From NCBI GenBank assembly GCA_965238005.1, contig OZ250165.1:480001-544000 (forward strand): a DNA stretch of 64,000 nt, given 5' to 3'. Below are positions 29,409-39,866 of the stretch, in pieces (position 1 is the first letter of the stretch; every line of letters begins with the position of its first letter). The notes under the pieces are model-generated. The model did not search any database. It was not told where the DNA came from and saw nothing but the letters and a program-made list of their open reading frames with translations. Both the position numbers and the translations under genes were made by a program. The stretch is from Longimicrobiales bacterium. GTDB lineage: Bacteria; Gemmatimonadota; Gemmatimonadetes; Longimicrobiales; Gaopeijiaceae.

Positions 29409-30884
29409 GTGCCTCCGGCATGGCAGGGGCTCGGCCCGGGCGGCGGTCGACTATCTCGTCGGCGAGCGGGACGCCGAGGGGCACAGGCGCGAGGGCGTCG
29501 AAGTCCTCCGCGGGAATCCGGACATGGTGGCCGCCGTCGCCGACTCGCTGGAGTTCGAGCGCAAGTACACGTCGGTCGTGATCGCGTGGGCGCCAGACGA
29601 CCAGCCGACCGAGGAACAGATCGGAGCCGTGCTGGACGAGTTCGAGAAGACGGCGTGGGCGGGACTGGAGCCGGACCGCCACTCGTGGACGGCGGTCCTG
29701 CACCCCGAGCGCGGCGGCGGCGTCCACGTGCACGTCCTCGCCGCGCAGTGCGACCTGGAGACGGGCCGCAGCCTGAACATCGCGCCGCCCGGCTGGCAGA
29801 AGACCTTCGACCCGCTGCGCGGCGCTAAAACGCCTTCAATCACGAGCACGGTTGGAGCCGCCCCGACGACCCGGCGCGGGCCAGGGCGCAGCGGCCGGGC
29901 CACCTGGCCTACATCGAGGCGGCGAAGCTGCGGGCCGGCCTCGAGCACGAAGCCGACCCGCGCGAGTTGATCCGCGACTACCTGGTGCAGCGCGTCGAGC
30001 AAGGCGCGGTGCAGAGCCGCGCCGACGTGGTCTCCGCCCTGGAGGCGGTCGGCCTCGAAGTGCCGCGCCAGGGCAAGAACTACGTGACCGCCCGCGATCC
30101 GGACAGCGGAAAGCGGTGGCGGCTGAAAGGAGCGCTGTACGAGGATGACTTCCAACCCGAACGACTTGAATTCCCGGCTGCGCCGCCGGCTGGAGGCCGA
30201 CCGCCGACAGATCGAGGAGACGGCCACGCGCGAGCTGAGGCGGCTCGGCGAGAGCTTGAGCGCCGCCGCAAGCGGCGCGCTGCGTTCCATCGAGGCCGAT
30301 ACGGCGGCGGCGACCGCGCGGGTGAGCGTCCTACTGAGGCGCGCGTGGGTCCGGCCCCTGGTGATCGGCCTGAGCCTTTTTCTCGGTATCAGCGGCGGCA
30401 GCTGGGCGACGATGCACTGGTTGTCGAGGAGCATCGAACGCCGGATCGGGACCTTGGCGACCGTGAACGTGCAAATCGAGCAGGCGAGAGAGATCCTGGC
30501 CGGGATCGAGGAGACGACCTGGGGCGTGACGCTGCGGGAGATCGACGGGGAGCGGTTCGTGGTGCTGCCGGCCGGCACGCTGGACTATCCGCCCTTGAAC
30601 TTGGGCGGGCGGCCTGCCGTGAAGCTGTCGAGAGAGTGAAGGAGCTATATGACCGAACTAGAACGGCAGTTGACGGCGGCCTTGGAGAGGTTGTCCGCTC
30701 AGTACGAGATGGAACAGCGGCGGCACTCCGAGCAGGTCGAAGCCTTGCGGCAGCAAGTCGAGCGGCTCTCCGGGCAAGTAACATGCTTGGACGCGGACTA
30801 CAGGACGCTCGCCGCGACGTTGCGCGGGCGCTGGAGCTGATGCGCCAGCGTGGGCGGGAGCGCGATCATGGTCCGAGCCGCTGA
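29398..30884 (+). CDS. MbeA/MobA-type relaxase, frameshifted near 29822
   Basis: MHIKCLRHGRGSARAAVDYL (Tyr motif), LRGNPD, KYTSVV, HPERGGGVHVHVL; continues in the 29967 frame with RWRLKGALYE. Confidence 0.85.
30145..30639 (+). CDS. MbeB-like mobilisation protein nested in the relaxase gene
   Basis: RBS GAGG; coiled-coil plus TM segment; TWGVTLREIDGERFVVLPAG; alternate frame inside the relaxase. Confidence 0.7.
   Translation: MTSNPNDLNSRLRRRLEADRRQIEETATRELRRLGESLSAAASGALRSIEADTAAATARVSVLLRRAWVRPLVIGLSLFLGISGGSWATMHWLSRSIERRIGTLATVNVQIEQAREILAGIEETTWGVTLREIDGERFVVLPAGTLDYPPLNLGGRPAVKLSRE
30649..30840 (+). CDS. MbeD/MobD-like protein nested in the relaxase gene
   Basis: RBS AAGGAG; MTELERQLTAALERLSAQY...LRQQVERLSGQV. 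Confidence 0.78.
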   Translation: MTELERQLTAALERLSAQYEMEQRRHSEQVEALRQQVERLSGQVTCLDADYRTLAATLRGRWS

Positions 30885-30956
30885 TGGTTCCCGGCAGCGG
30901 AATGGTCCCCGCGCTCAAGGATCGGTCTTGCGGCAGCTCGGCGCGGCCTTCGGTTC

Positions 30957-32135
30957 TCAGCTCTCGTCGGCCAGGTAGGCTTCCCAATCGGCCATCAGGA
31001 CGCGCCTGCGCTCGAACAGGTCCGAGCGAGCGTACGCCGCTTCCGCCTTGTTGCGGACCACGTGCGCCAAGGCCGCCTCCATGACCGCATGGGGGGTGTC
31101 CGTGCATTCGGCCGCCCAGTCCCTGAAGCTGGACCGGAAGCCGTGCGGCACGGCCGCGATGCCCAGTCCTCGAAGCAGCCTGGGGAGGTTGGTGTCGGAA
31201 AACACGCGGCCCTCCGGCGACGGGAAGACTAGACCGCCGCCGCCCCCGAGCGTCCGCGCCTCGCTCAGGATCTCCATGGCCCGCCCGGACAGCGGCACCC
31301 TGTGGGGGCGCTGGGCCTTCATGCGCTCACCGGGGATGGTCCACTCGGCCGTCTCGAGATTGATGTCATCCCAGCTTGCCAAGCGAACCTCACTGGAGCG
31401 GCACGCCGTCAGCACCAGGAACTCGAAGGCGAGCCTTGTCGTGAGGGTCGACGCCGAAGTCCGGGCCGCCTCGATCGCGCCCGCGACCTCCGCGTGAGGC
31501 AACGCGCGCATGTGCCGGACTACGACGCGCTGTCGGCCGAGCGCTTGACCGAGCACATCGCCAGCGGGGTTGTCCGGCCGAAGCTCCATCGCCACCGCCC
31601 ACTTCATCACCGCCCCGATGCGCTGGCGCACCCGCCGGGCGGTCACCTGCTTGTCGTGCCAGATCGGTGTCAGAACCGCCAGAACGTCGGCTGTCGTTAT
31701 CTCGCCGACCGGTCGATTGCCCAGCTGTGGGAACGCATAGACGCGCAGGCTGGTGACCCAGTCCTTCGCATGCTTGGCGGTACGCCAGCCCGGCCGCAGC
31801 TGTTCCAGAACACGGGCGGCCGCCTCGGCGAACGTGGGCATGTCCCGGATCTTGTGCCGCTCGGTACGCGGATCGCCGCCCGAGCGCGCGATCTTGCGGT
31901 TCATGAATGCCTTCTCGCGCGCCTCGGCCAGCGATACCAGCTGGTAGCCCCCGAGCCCCATCGTGCGGGGTCGGCCCTGGATCCGTAGACGCTGCTCCCA
32001 TCGGCGCGCGCCGGATCGGTCCACGCGCAGATAGAGGCCGTTCCCGTCACAGTAGTATCCGGGCTTGGCACTGCGCACGAAGGCCGCGCTGAGTGCGTTG
32101 TGCGGGCGTCTCCCTCGATGTTTGGGCAAATCCAT
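30957..32135 (-). CDS. P4-type tyrosine integrase (DUF4102 arm-binding domain)
   Basis: DGNGLYLRV, MGLGGYQLVSLAEAR, LTACRSSEV, MKAQRPHRVPLS, HGFRSSFRDW, LAH, AYARSDL; catalytic residues intact. Confidence 0.95.
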   Translation of the reverse strand: MDLPKHRGRRPHNALSAAFVRSAKPGYYCDGNGLYLRVDRSGARRWEQRLRIQGRPRTMGLGGYQLVSLAEAREKAFMNRKIARSGGDPRTERHKIRDMPTFAEAAARVLEQLRPGWRTAKHAKDWVTSLRVYAFPQLGNRPVGEITTADVLAVLTPIWHDKQVTARRVRQRIGAVMKWAVAMELRPDNPAGDVLGQALGRQRVVVRHMRALPHAEVAGAIEAARTSASTLTTRLAFEFLVLTACRSSEVRLASWDDINLETAEWTIPGERMKAQRPHRVPLSGRAMEILSEARTLGGGGGLVFPSPEGRVFSDTNLPRLLRGLGIAAVPHGFRSSFRDWAAECTDTPHAVMEAALAHVVRNKAEAAYARSDLFERRRVLMADWEAYLADES

Positions 32136-32626
32136 GTCCTATCTCCCGTATAAATGCTCGTATGTCATATACGGGAACATAGTGGACAAACAGCGACACT
32201 GCAACCGGACGGGTCCTACATAACCCACTGTCATAGCGCTAGTTAGATAATCTTACTGGACGCCTATAGAACGTACTGGAATCTATGTACTGGAGAGGGG
32301 CGATCATCGCTTCTCCGGCTCCTACGCCCTAACGGTTCGGTGAAGAGGCTCCTCTTTCTCATTCCCGTGTCCCAGACCTCGGGACTGGAGGACATCCGGT
32401 TCAAGACCGTGAGGGTGTCCCTGCCAATTGAATTCAGGAGCCCGATCTGCGCGGTGTCAAATGGGGCCTGCGGTGGGATGTCCCAAGGGGTCCAGCGAAG
32501 TCCCGGAGGCGGGTCGGCCTTCGGCAACGGACGCTCCATTCGCCTCCAGAAGAGCCTGAAGAGAGCCTCAATCGCGGAGGGAGAAGTGCGTGCTGGCGGC
32601 GGGGGCGAAGCTCGGTCGCGATCCGG

Positions 32627-35419
32627 TTATCGGCGCCGCCGCTTGGGCTTCTTGAGCCCTATCCCAAGGGGTGTGCGCATCTTCTCGTAGAGCATGAACA
32701 AGTGCTCGGCGCGTTCACGCTCTGAGGCGAAGCCCGTGCGGCGATAGAGCCGGTCGACAGCGCGGTCGATCGACTGGTGCGCGCGGCGCAAGTTAGGCGG
32801 CATCAGATCCGGGTCATAAAGGTCCGCCAAGGTGGCGTCAGGATAGGCGGCACGAGCGTCGAGTACGGCCTTTGCCAAGGACTTGAGCTTGGACACGTCA
32901 GCGTTGGCGGGGGGCATCGGGAAAGTGTTGTAGACCATGCCGATACCGTAACTGTAGTCGCTCTTCAGCCGACCGCCGATTTGACGAACCCACGCCATAT
33001 GCATCGCGGAGGTCAAGACAGCGAACTGCGAGAGGGTCGCCTCGACAAGTATCCGAAGCTTGTTGCTCGGGACCACGGGTGGCTCCAGCCACCCGATCGG
33101 TACGTACTCCCGCCGTTCCGAACTGACTTCGGGGATCACCAGGAACGGTACGGTGGGGATGACGTTCACGTTGTATCGCGTCGGGTAGTCCGCGAGCATC
33201 AGCGTCTGCTTGCGCTTGCTCCTTGATCGGAACGCGCGAACGCGGGCAATCCGATCCCGGACATTGGGCATTCCTGCCAGCACATTCGGCGGGGCGTCGT
33301 GGAGCGAAAGGATCCACCTGCAACGATTCTCCAGGTAGTCTCTTCCGCTCATATAGGGACGCAAATAGGCCTCCGCCCCAGGTTCTGCCGACAAGAACTC
33401 GGCTCGCTCCTGCTCAGTCTTGAAGATGTATTGGCCGTCGTCGATGGGCTGCGACCCGCTGACGAGTTTCGGCAACCCGTTTACTGGCGTGCTCTCTTCA
33501 CGCACCGTCAGATGTGGGTCGGCGAGTCCGCTGGCGTCGAACAGGTACGGCGAGAGTGCGGCGTGTCGGGTTTCCTCCGGATCGCCCTTGATATCGGGAT
33601 AGCTGAACAGGCGCTTTGCCGACCGCACGGCCTCCCGGCCGTCCAGACCGATGATGACTACGTGCACATGGGCCTGCCCCCGGGCGTCCGATCCCCACGC
33701 GAATGTCCGGTGGGCGAAGGCAATCTCTAGCCCATAGCGGTTGAAGAGGACCGGCCAGAGCTGCGCTACCTGCTCCCCTTGCGTGATCGAATTGGTGGCC
33801 ACGAAGCCGATCCGGACCGTGGTCCCATGCGAATACTCTCCCGCCTTGATAAACCATGGGGTCACGTAGTCGAGCGTACCTCCGGTCCCGCCGAGGTCCG
33901 CGATTCTCCGCACCTGGGCGCGCTGAGTCTTGCTCTGGTACTTCGCACCCCCGAAAGGCGGATTGCCGAACACGAAGGCACATTCCTTCGGCTTCAGTAG
34001 TTCGGTCCAGTCGATTTCCAGAGCGTCCCCGTGGAGGATGTGCGGCGACGTCTGGAGCGGAATCCGCACGTAGGTCTCACCGAACTCGAGGCTCAGCCGG
34101 TTGTTCATGATATGGTCCATCATCCACAGCGCAGTCTCCGCGATGCGGACCGGGAATTCACCGATCTCGATCCCATAGAATTGATCGACATCCACGCGTG
34201 AGAGATCCGGCGCCAAAACGTCCATCTGCCGCTCGCCCTCGCGACTTTGGTGCACTTCCTTCAGCACGTCGATCTCGAGCAGCCTAAGCTCCCGATAAGC
34301 GATGATCAGGAAGTTGCCGCATCCGCAAGCCGGGTCGAAGAACCGCATCTCACCGAGTTTCGATTGAAATCTGAGCAACGCGGCGCGGCGGCCCCGATCC
34401 TTTCTTGCTTTCAGGCGCTCGAACTCATCACAGAGATCCTCCATGAACAGCGGCTCGATCACCTTCAGGATGTTCTTCTCGGTCGTATAGTGCGCCCCCT
34501 GCTTGCGGCGCTCCACCGGGTCCATGACCGAATGGAACAGTGCGCCAAAGATCGCGGGCGAGATGTTGGACCAATCAAAACGGCAAGCGTCTAGCAAAGC
34601 CGTGCGCATCACTGCGTTGAAGGCTGGTATACGGAGCGACTCCTCGAACAACCTACCATTGACGTATGGGAAGCGGGCAAGATCCTCGTCTAGCGTCTCT
34701 TGGCGTGCTCCCTCTGGAGTGTCGAGCACCTGGAACAGTTCGGCCAACCGCGATCCGGTGTCCGATCCGTCCGAAGTGGTGCGGTTGTCAAGTAGGTCGA
34801 AGAAGATGTCGCGTGGCTCGAAGATGCCGGTGTCGTCGGCGAAGAGGCAGAACACGATCCGCACCAGGAAGCGTTCCAGGTCATGGCCTCGGTAACCCGC
34901 TGCCTTGAGGGCATCGTGAAGCCGCCCGACGAGCTCGGCAGCTCTGATGTTGACGGGGTCCTGGTCGCGGAACGTGCGGCGCTGCACCCCCAGGATGAAG
35001 CCGAAGGCCTCGACATGACTGGGTAGCTCGTCGAGGGGGAATACGACCGTTTCCCGCTCGTCAAGATCGCGAAGCTCGAATGTCTGAAAGTCGCTGACCA
35101 GGATGTAGCGGGGCCGATCGGCCTCGGGGAGGGCGTCGAAATACTCTCCGGCCTGTCCGTAGGCTTTGTCGAGATCGCGTCCGGCACTCTTCTGTTCGAC
35201 GATCAGGACGCCCGGCCAGAACAGGTCGATGAAGCCCCAGCGATTGTCCAGCTTGGCGACATGCTCCTCGTAGCGTGCGACGGTTCGGCGGCGGACGTCG
35301 AACACCTCGAAGAAGTCGTTGTAGAAGCTCTGCGTCTCGCCCTTCTCGTATGCCGCTTCTCGCCACTCCTCGGCGAAGGATGCGGCGCGCACACGCACCT
35401 CGTTCCAGGACAGGCGCAT
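32627..35419 (-). CDS. MmeI-like (type IIL, YeeA-like) restriction-modification enzyme
   Basis: IDLFWPGVLIVEQKS (PD-ExK), GAHYT, FDPACGCGNFL, GNPPF, C-terminal ATLADLYDPDLMPPNLRRAH; 930 aa. Confidence 0.93.
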   Translation of the reverse strand: MRLSWNEVRVRAASFAEEWREAAYEKGETQSFYNDFFEVFDVRRRTVARYEEHVAKLDNRWGFIDLFWPGVLIVEQKSAGRDLDKAYGQAGEYFDALPEADRPRYILVSDFQTFELRDLDERETVVFPLDELPSHVEAFGFILGVQRRTFRDQDPVNIRAAELVGRLHDALKAAGYRGHDLERFLVRIVFCLFADDTGIFEPRDIFFDLLDNRTTSDGSDTGSRLAELFQVLDTPEGARQETLDEDLARFPYVNGRLFEESLRIPAFNAVMRTALLDACRFDWSNISPAIFGALFHSVMDPVERRKQGAHYTTEKNILKVIEPLFMEDLCDEFERLKARKDRGRRAALLRFQSKLGEMRFFDPACGCGNFLIIAYRELRLLEIDVLKEVHQSREGERQMDVLAPDLSRVDVDQFYGIEIGEFPVRIAETALWMMDHIMNNRLSLEFGETYVRIPLQTSPHILHGDALEIDWTELLKPKECAFVFGNPPFGGAKYQSKTQRAQVRRIADLGGTGGTLDYVTPWFIKAGEYSHGTTVRIGFVATNSITQGEQVAQLWPVLFNRYGLEIAFAHRTFAWGSDARGQAHVHVVIIGLDGREAVRSAKRLFSYPDIKGDPEETRHAALSPYLFDASGLADPHLTVREESTPVNGLPKLVSGSQPIDDGQYIFKTEQERAEFLSAEPGAEAYLRPYMSGRDYLENRCRWILSLHDAPPNVLAGMPNVRDRIARVRAFRSRSKRKQTLMLADYPTRYNVNVIPTVPFLVIPEVSSERREYVPIGWLEPPVVPSNKLRILVEATLSQFAVLTSAMHMAWVRQIGGRLKSDYSYGIGMVYNTFPMPPANADVSKLKSLAKAVLDARAAYPDATLADLYDPDLMPPNLRRAHQSIDRAVDRLYRRTGFASERERAEHLFMLYEKMRTPLGIGLKKPKRRRR

Positions 35420-35512
35420 CAGGCCACCCCGCCTGTTGCACCTATCACGGGGCGTGGCCCGCCGGGAGGCTGAACGACCGCGACCATCGGCATGCGCTCC
35501 GGCTCCACAGCC

Positions 35513-35833
35513 TTACCGTGAAACCGGATCGCGTGACCTAATGCCTTCCTCCCATCCCCGTTCCCTTCGCGCTTGCGCAAGCTCATAGCTCGCCTGCATC
35601 CGCATCCAGTGATCGGCCGTGCCCCAGCCAATCGCCTCCAACGCGAGAGCCATGTTCGCAGATACGCCCGCCTTGCCGTTCAACAGACGCGATAGCGTGC
35701 CCCGCTCACATCCCAGACGCGCCGCTGTCTCGGTCACATTCCAGCCGACCTCGTCCATGCTCTCACGGATCAGTTCGCCCAGTTGCGGGGGGTTCAGCAT
35801 CGGACCTACGCGATCGCTGTCGGTGTTGTTCAT
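35513..35833 (-). CDS. higA: HigA-family antitoxin
   Basis: MLNPPQLGELIRE...TAARLGCERGTLSRLLNGKAGVSANMA...WMRMQASYEL. Confidence 0.9.
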   Translation of the reverse strand: MNNTDSDRVGPMLNPPQLGELIRESMDEVGWNVTETAARLGCERGTLSRLLNGKAGVSANMALALEAIGWGTADHWMRMQASYELAQARRERGWEEGIRSRDPVSR

Positions 35834-35851
35834 GCTCCGTCCTCCTTCCCA

Positions 35852-36124
35852 TCAGTGGTAGTCGACCAAGTCCACGTCCACGGCTTCACCGTCCTCGAAG
35901 CGGAACACCACGCGCCAGTTGCCCGTTACGCGCACACTCCATTGGCCCGCTCGACTGCCCTTCAACGGATGCAGCCGAAAACCGGGCGCGTCAGCGCTAC
36001 CGGGATGCGTCGCTTCTTGCAACCGGAATAGAATGCGTCGAAGCCGTGGCACTAGATCCGCCGGGAGCCGAGCCCGATGGTCCTGCTCGTGCAGCGCCCG
36101 CAGTCCCTTGTGCCTGATCTTCAT
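35852..36124 (-). CDS. higB: HigB (RelE/ParE-family) toxin
   Basis: IRHKGL...PGFRLHPLKG...WSVRVTGNWRVVFRFEDGEAVDVDLVDYH; toxin-first gene order. Confidence 0.92.
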   Translation of the reverse strand: MKIRHKGLRALHEQDHRARLPADLVPRLRRILFRLQEATHPGSADAPGFRLHPLKGSRAGQWSVRVTGNWRVVFRFEDGEAVDVDLVDYH

Positions 36125-36229
36125 AGACTTACTGTAGCGTGTCGCGTTACGCGCCGCCAGCGGTACCCTCGGAAGCCTGAATTGCCGAAGGCTTCGCGGC
36201 GCGATCTGGTCGGCTCCCGGTTCCTCCCC

Positions 36230-36360
36230 GGTCCTGAGCCGGTCCAAGTAGTCGGCCCATGCCTGCGTCATTTGTCACCGCTCGAGCAGGAACGCGGTTC
36301 GGTTGTAGGCCTTCCGTTCGTATCCCTCACCGCGTGGGCCAGCTAGTGCTCGATGAGAGG
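36230..36360 (-). pseudogene. C-terminal remnant of a second P4-type integrase
   Basis: Approximate manual translation LIEH*LAHAVRDTNG-(shift)-AYNRTAFLLER*QMTQAWADYLDRL. Confidence 0.8.
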
Positions 36361-36727
36361 TAACCGTTCGGCCAAGCCGTGATGGCGCCGGCTACGGAGC
36401 AGACTGGGGTGAGCTTGAGTGCGGCCTCCCGGATGATGGCGCGGGGGAGAACGCTCGCGGTGCACCGCAACCGCTTGATCCTACTGCCCCTGTCGAATTG
36501 CTACAGCGATGGGATCGGGCCACGCGCGTTCGCGCAGGATACCAGACCGCCGCTAGCTCCGACGCCATCCTCACGGCCCCGCCGAACGCTTACCGTGAGG
36601 GGTCGGTCGGATCGACCAGCCTGTCCGCATGCGTGTCACACGGTCTCATAGATTCCCGGTCGTGAAGAGGGATGAAATGAGGGGATCAGGTCAGATCGGT
36701 TAGTAATAAATCAATATATATCAATTA

Positions 36728-37541
36728 GGGCCTGTTAACACTACGGAGCAATTTGTAGTATATTGGGGCTATGAAAATCACAGAGTCCCAATATCGTCAG
36801 ATAGAGGCTTGCTTTCCGCGTCAGCGCGGCAATGTGAGCCTCTCCAATCTCGAAGTGCTTAACGCGATCCTGTATGTGGCCGAACACGGCTGCAAATGGC
36901 GCGGGTTGCCTCCGCGCTTCGGTAACTGGCATACGATCTACACCCGAATGAATCGCTGGGCCAGGGCAGGTGTGCTGGATCGTGTCTTTGCGGCCTTGCA
37001 AGACCAGCAAATCATCCGGATCAAGATCGAAGCGCTGTCGATCGACAGTACCATCGTCAAGGTGCATCCTGATGGCACGGGCGCGCTAAAAAAAACGGCC
37101 CGCAGGCCATCGGTAAGTCGCGTGGAGGCTGGACCACCAAAATTCATATGGTTGCCGCAGATGCTCGAACCGCGATAACCTTCTCGCTATCGCCAGGCCA
37201 CAAGCACGACGCGCCGGAAGGACGGGAACTGCTACGTACGTTGAGGCCGGTACACCCCACGGTGTGCATGATCATGGACCGGGCGTACGAGGGGCAGGAA
37301 ACACGGCAATTGGTGTTGGAGCTGGGGTTTACCCCCGTCGTGCCACCCAAACAGAAGCGTGTTAGCCCGTGGCAATACGACCGAGTCATGTATCGCCGCC
37401 GCAACGAAATAGAGCGGTTGTTTCGGCGACTCAAAGGTTTTAGGAGAATCTTCTCCCGCTTCGATAAGCTCGACGTGATGTTTACGGCCTTCATTCACTT
37501 CGCGCTCATCGTCGAAGCCCTCAGATAGTGTTAACAGGCCC
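36728..37541 (+). mobile_element. IS5-family (IS427 group) element; two ORFs (36771..37178, to 37528) joined by a probable -1 frameshift
   Basis: 16-bp IR GGGCCTGTTAACACTA, flanked by TA; A8 slippery run at 37088-37095; IDSTIVKVH, MDRAY, YRRRNEIERLF. Confidence 0.93.
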
Positions 37542-37543
37542 TA

Positions 37544-39394
37544 GTCGATTTTGCGCGAGCGCTTGATCAACTCCGCTCAGCCCGCAACAAGGTCGAGGGC
37601 GCAGCCGGTAAGGTGGATGCTCTCGATGCGAGGCGCACGTCGCTTCTCACGGATTTGGCAGGCATTCTCGAGCGCTATGGTGAACCGCGGCCGCAAGACG
37701 CCGCAACGGCCGCGGCACGTCTCAATAGCCTCGCGGACCGCAATTTGAGGTTAGTCGAGGCAATATCTATCGAACAACGGGCGACCGATCAACTTCAGGA
37801 CATTTCAAGCGATCGCGATGAGGCCCTCAATTCGATAAAGCAAATCTACTCGGAAGCAGTGCTCGATGAAGGCGATTTGCATGGCCTCACGGCGCTGCTT
37901 AATTCATTGCCGCACTATCTGGATCTGAAGAACGCCGCGGCTCGTCTTAAAGGTCAGATCGAACTCGATCGTGCCGAGCTTGCAAATGCTGGCGACGCCG
38001 AACTCGTGGAATGCGATAGGTCGTTGCTCGAACGGCTGCAGGGTGAACTTTCGCAGGTGGCGACTAAGATGGCCGAGTTGCGGGGCGAGATTGCTGATAT
38101 CAACGCTCAGGTGAACGAAGCCAGACGCGGCAGCAATGTCCAGGATCTCATCGCCGTGCGTGACGAAACGCGCACGAAACTGCAGGACCGCCGCGACGAG
38201 GCGCTTTTCGCGAAGGCCGGAAGATTTCTGATTGATGCCGTCGAAGAGGAATATGAGCAGACTCAGTTGCCTCGCGTGTTCGAGCGTGCTCGCAACCATT
38301 TTTCTAGGTTCACGCATCACAACTATGAATTACGTTTGGGCAAGGAGGCTAAGGCGCCTCGGTTATTCGCTGTCGAGCTACGTAGTGGAGAGGGGCGGGA
38401 ACTCGATGAACTCTCGGACGGTACGCGAGCCCAGTTGCTGTTGGCGGCTCGTATAGCGTTCGCCGAGGAAGTGGAGCAAGGGAAAATCCTGCCCTTGTTT
38501 CTCGACGAAGCGCTCGATCAGAGTGACCCCGCACGTTTCGAGGCGATAGTGCGTAGTCTCGGACAGGTTGCAAACGAACAGGGACGCCAGATATTTTATC
38601 TCACCTGTGACCCTCTCGATTTCGATCGGATCCAGAATGCGCTCGTCGAAGAGGACTGCGAAATAGCCGCTGCAATCGATCTGGGCTTGATACGCACGAA
38701 GGCAGCTAGCGTGAGCGGGCCGCGTGCGCTCCGCGTCGGTCAAAGACCAACGGTTCTGGCACCCAATGGGTTGTCAGCCGAAGAATATGGCGTAGCTCTT
38801 GACGTACCGGTATTTCAGCCGGCGTTTGGATACACAGAACAGCATTTTTTCTATGTCCTGCCGGACGATCTGGACCTGCTGCGTGACTTTCTGGTGAATG
38901 GGATCGAGCGGGTAGGGCAATGGAAAACGGTTTCAGGTACCCCGCTAGCCGATAAATTGGGTTCCCGCTCGATATCTCCGCCGGAGATCGCGTTCCGGGT
39001 GGACCTGCTTGAGATCTTCTGTGAGTTGTGGAAACAGGGAAGGGGGCGGCCCGCCGATCGCGAAACTCTCGAAAACAGTGGTGCCTTGAGCGAGCGCTTC
39101 CTGGGTGACGTTGTTGCGATCGCCGATGAATTATGTGGCGATCCAGCGATGCTTCTCGCTGTTCTTAGGACGAATGAAGATCCGCGCCTGAAAGGTTTCC
39201 GACGGAGCAGTTTTGACAACCTTGATCAATATTTGCGCGAAAACGGCTATCTTGACGACCTTCCCGTTTTAGTTGAGAACGAACTAGTGCTTCGTGCTTT
39301 AGCAAGCCCAGCAGCTAACAAACTGCCAAATGGCGTTGCAAGAGATTGCGTATACCGTTGGTGGACTTGGGCTGCGAGATTGTCTGAACCGTAA
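37544..39394 (+). pseudogene. YhaN/SbcC-like SMC-type ATPase, C-terminal part, 5'-truncated at IS5
   Basis: Coiled-coil, then ELSDGTRAQLLLAARIA, LPLFLDEALDQSD, QIFYLTC; Walker A absent. Confidence 0.82.
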
Positions 39395-39866
39395 GCGGTG
39401 TGATACCGCTCTCGAGCTTCGTCGAAACCCTGATTGCGTGGCCGGCATCGCGGCGGCCCGGGGCCGGGGTCTGAGTAGCAATGGAACAGGAATGTACGCT
39501 AAGGGTCTCCGACCGGGAGCGGCCACTCCTCCTCAAGCCCAGCGTTCGGGTCGCGTAGCTCACGCAGTTCCCCGCCTCTGACGTCCCCAACGCAACCGAG
39601 TGCGGTCCCGGATCGAGGCCTTGCGGGAACGGCTCGAAGCGATCGAAGAGTAACCATTCCCGATGAAACCAAGCCGCCATCCATCAGGGATGAGTTGGAG
39701 AGGAGACGTAGTTGAAGATTGCAACACTGAACTTCCATCGATGTTTTCTTGCCCTACTTGTCGTCTTGCCCTTGTATAGCCTTCTGCGTGCGCAGGAGAC
39801 TGACGAAGACGGTCAGTTCCATCTCGGGTTTACTGGATCAGCTGTTTTCCCATACGACCCGAAGGG

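Noticed and set aside
32264..32600. 91-aa ORF downstream of the MmeI-like gene as an RM partner
   Set aside because: No recognisable domain; probably a fragment.
39547..39600. GGTCGCGTAGCTCA, resembling a tRNA 5' end
   Set aside because: No anticodon arm, T-loop or acceptor complement follows.
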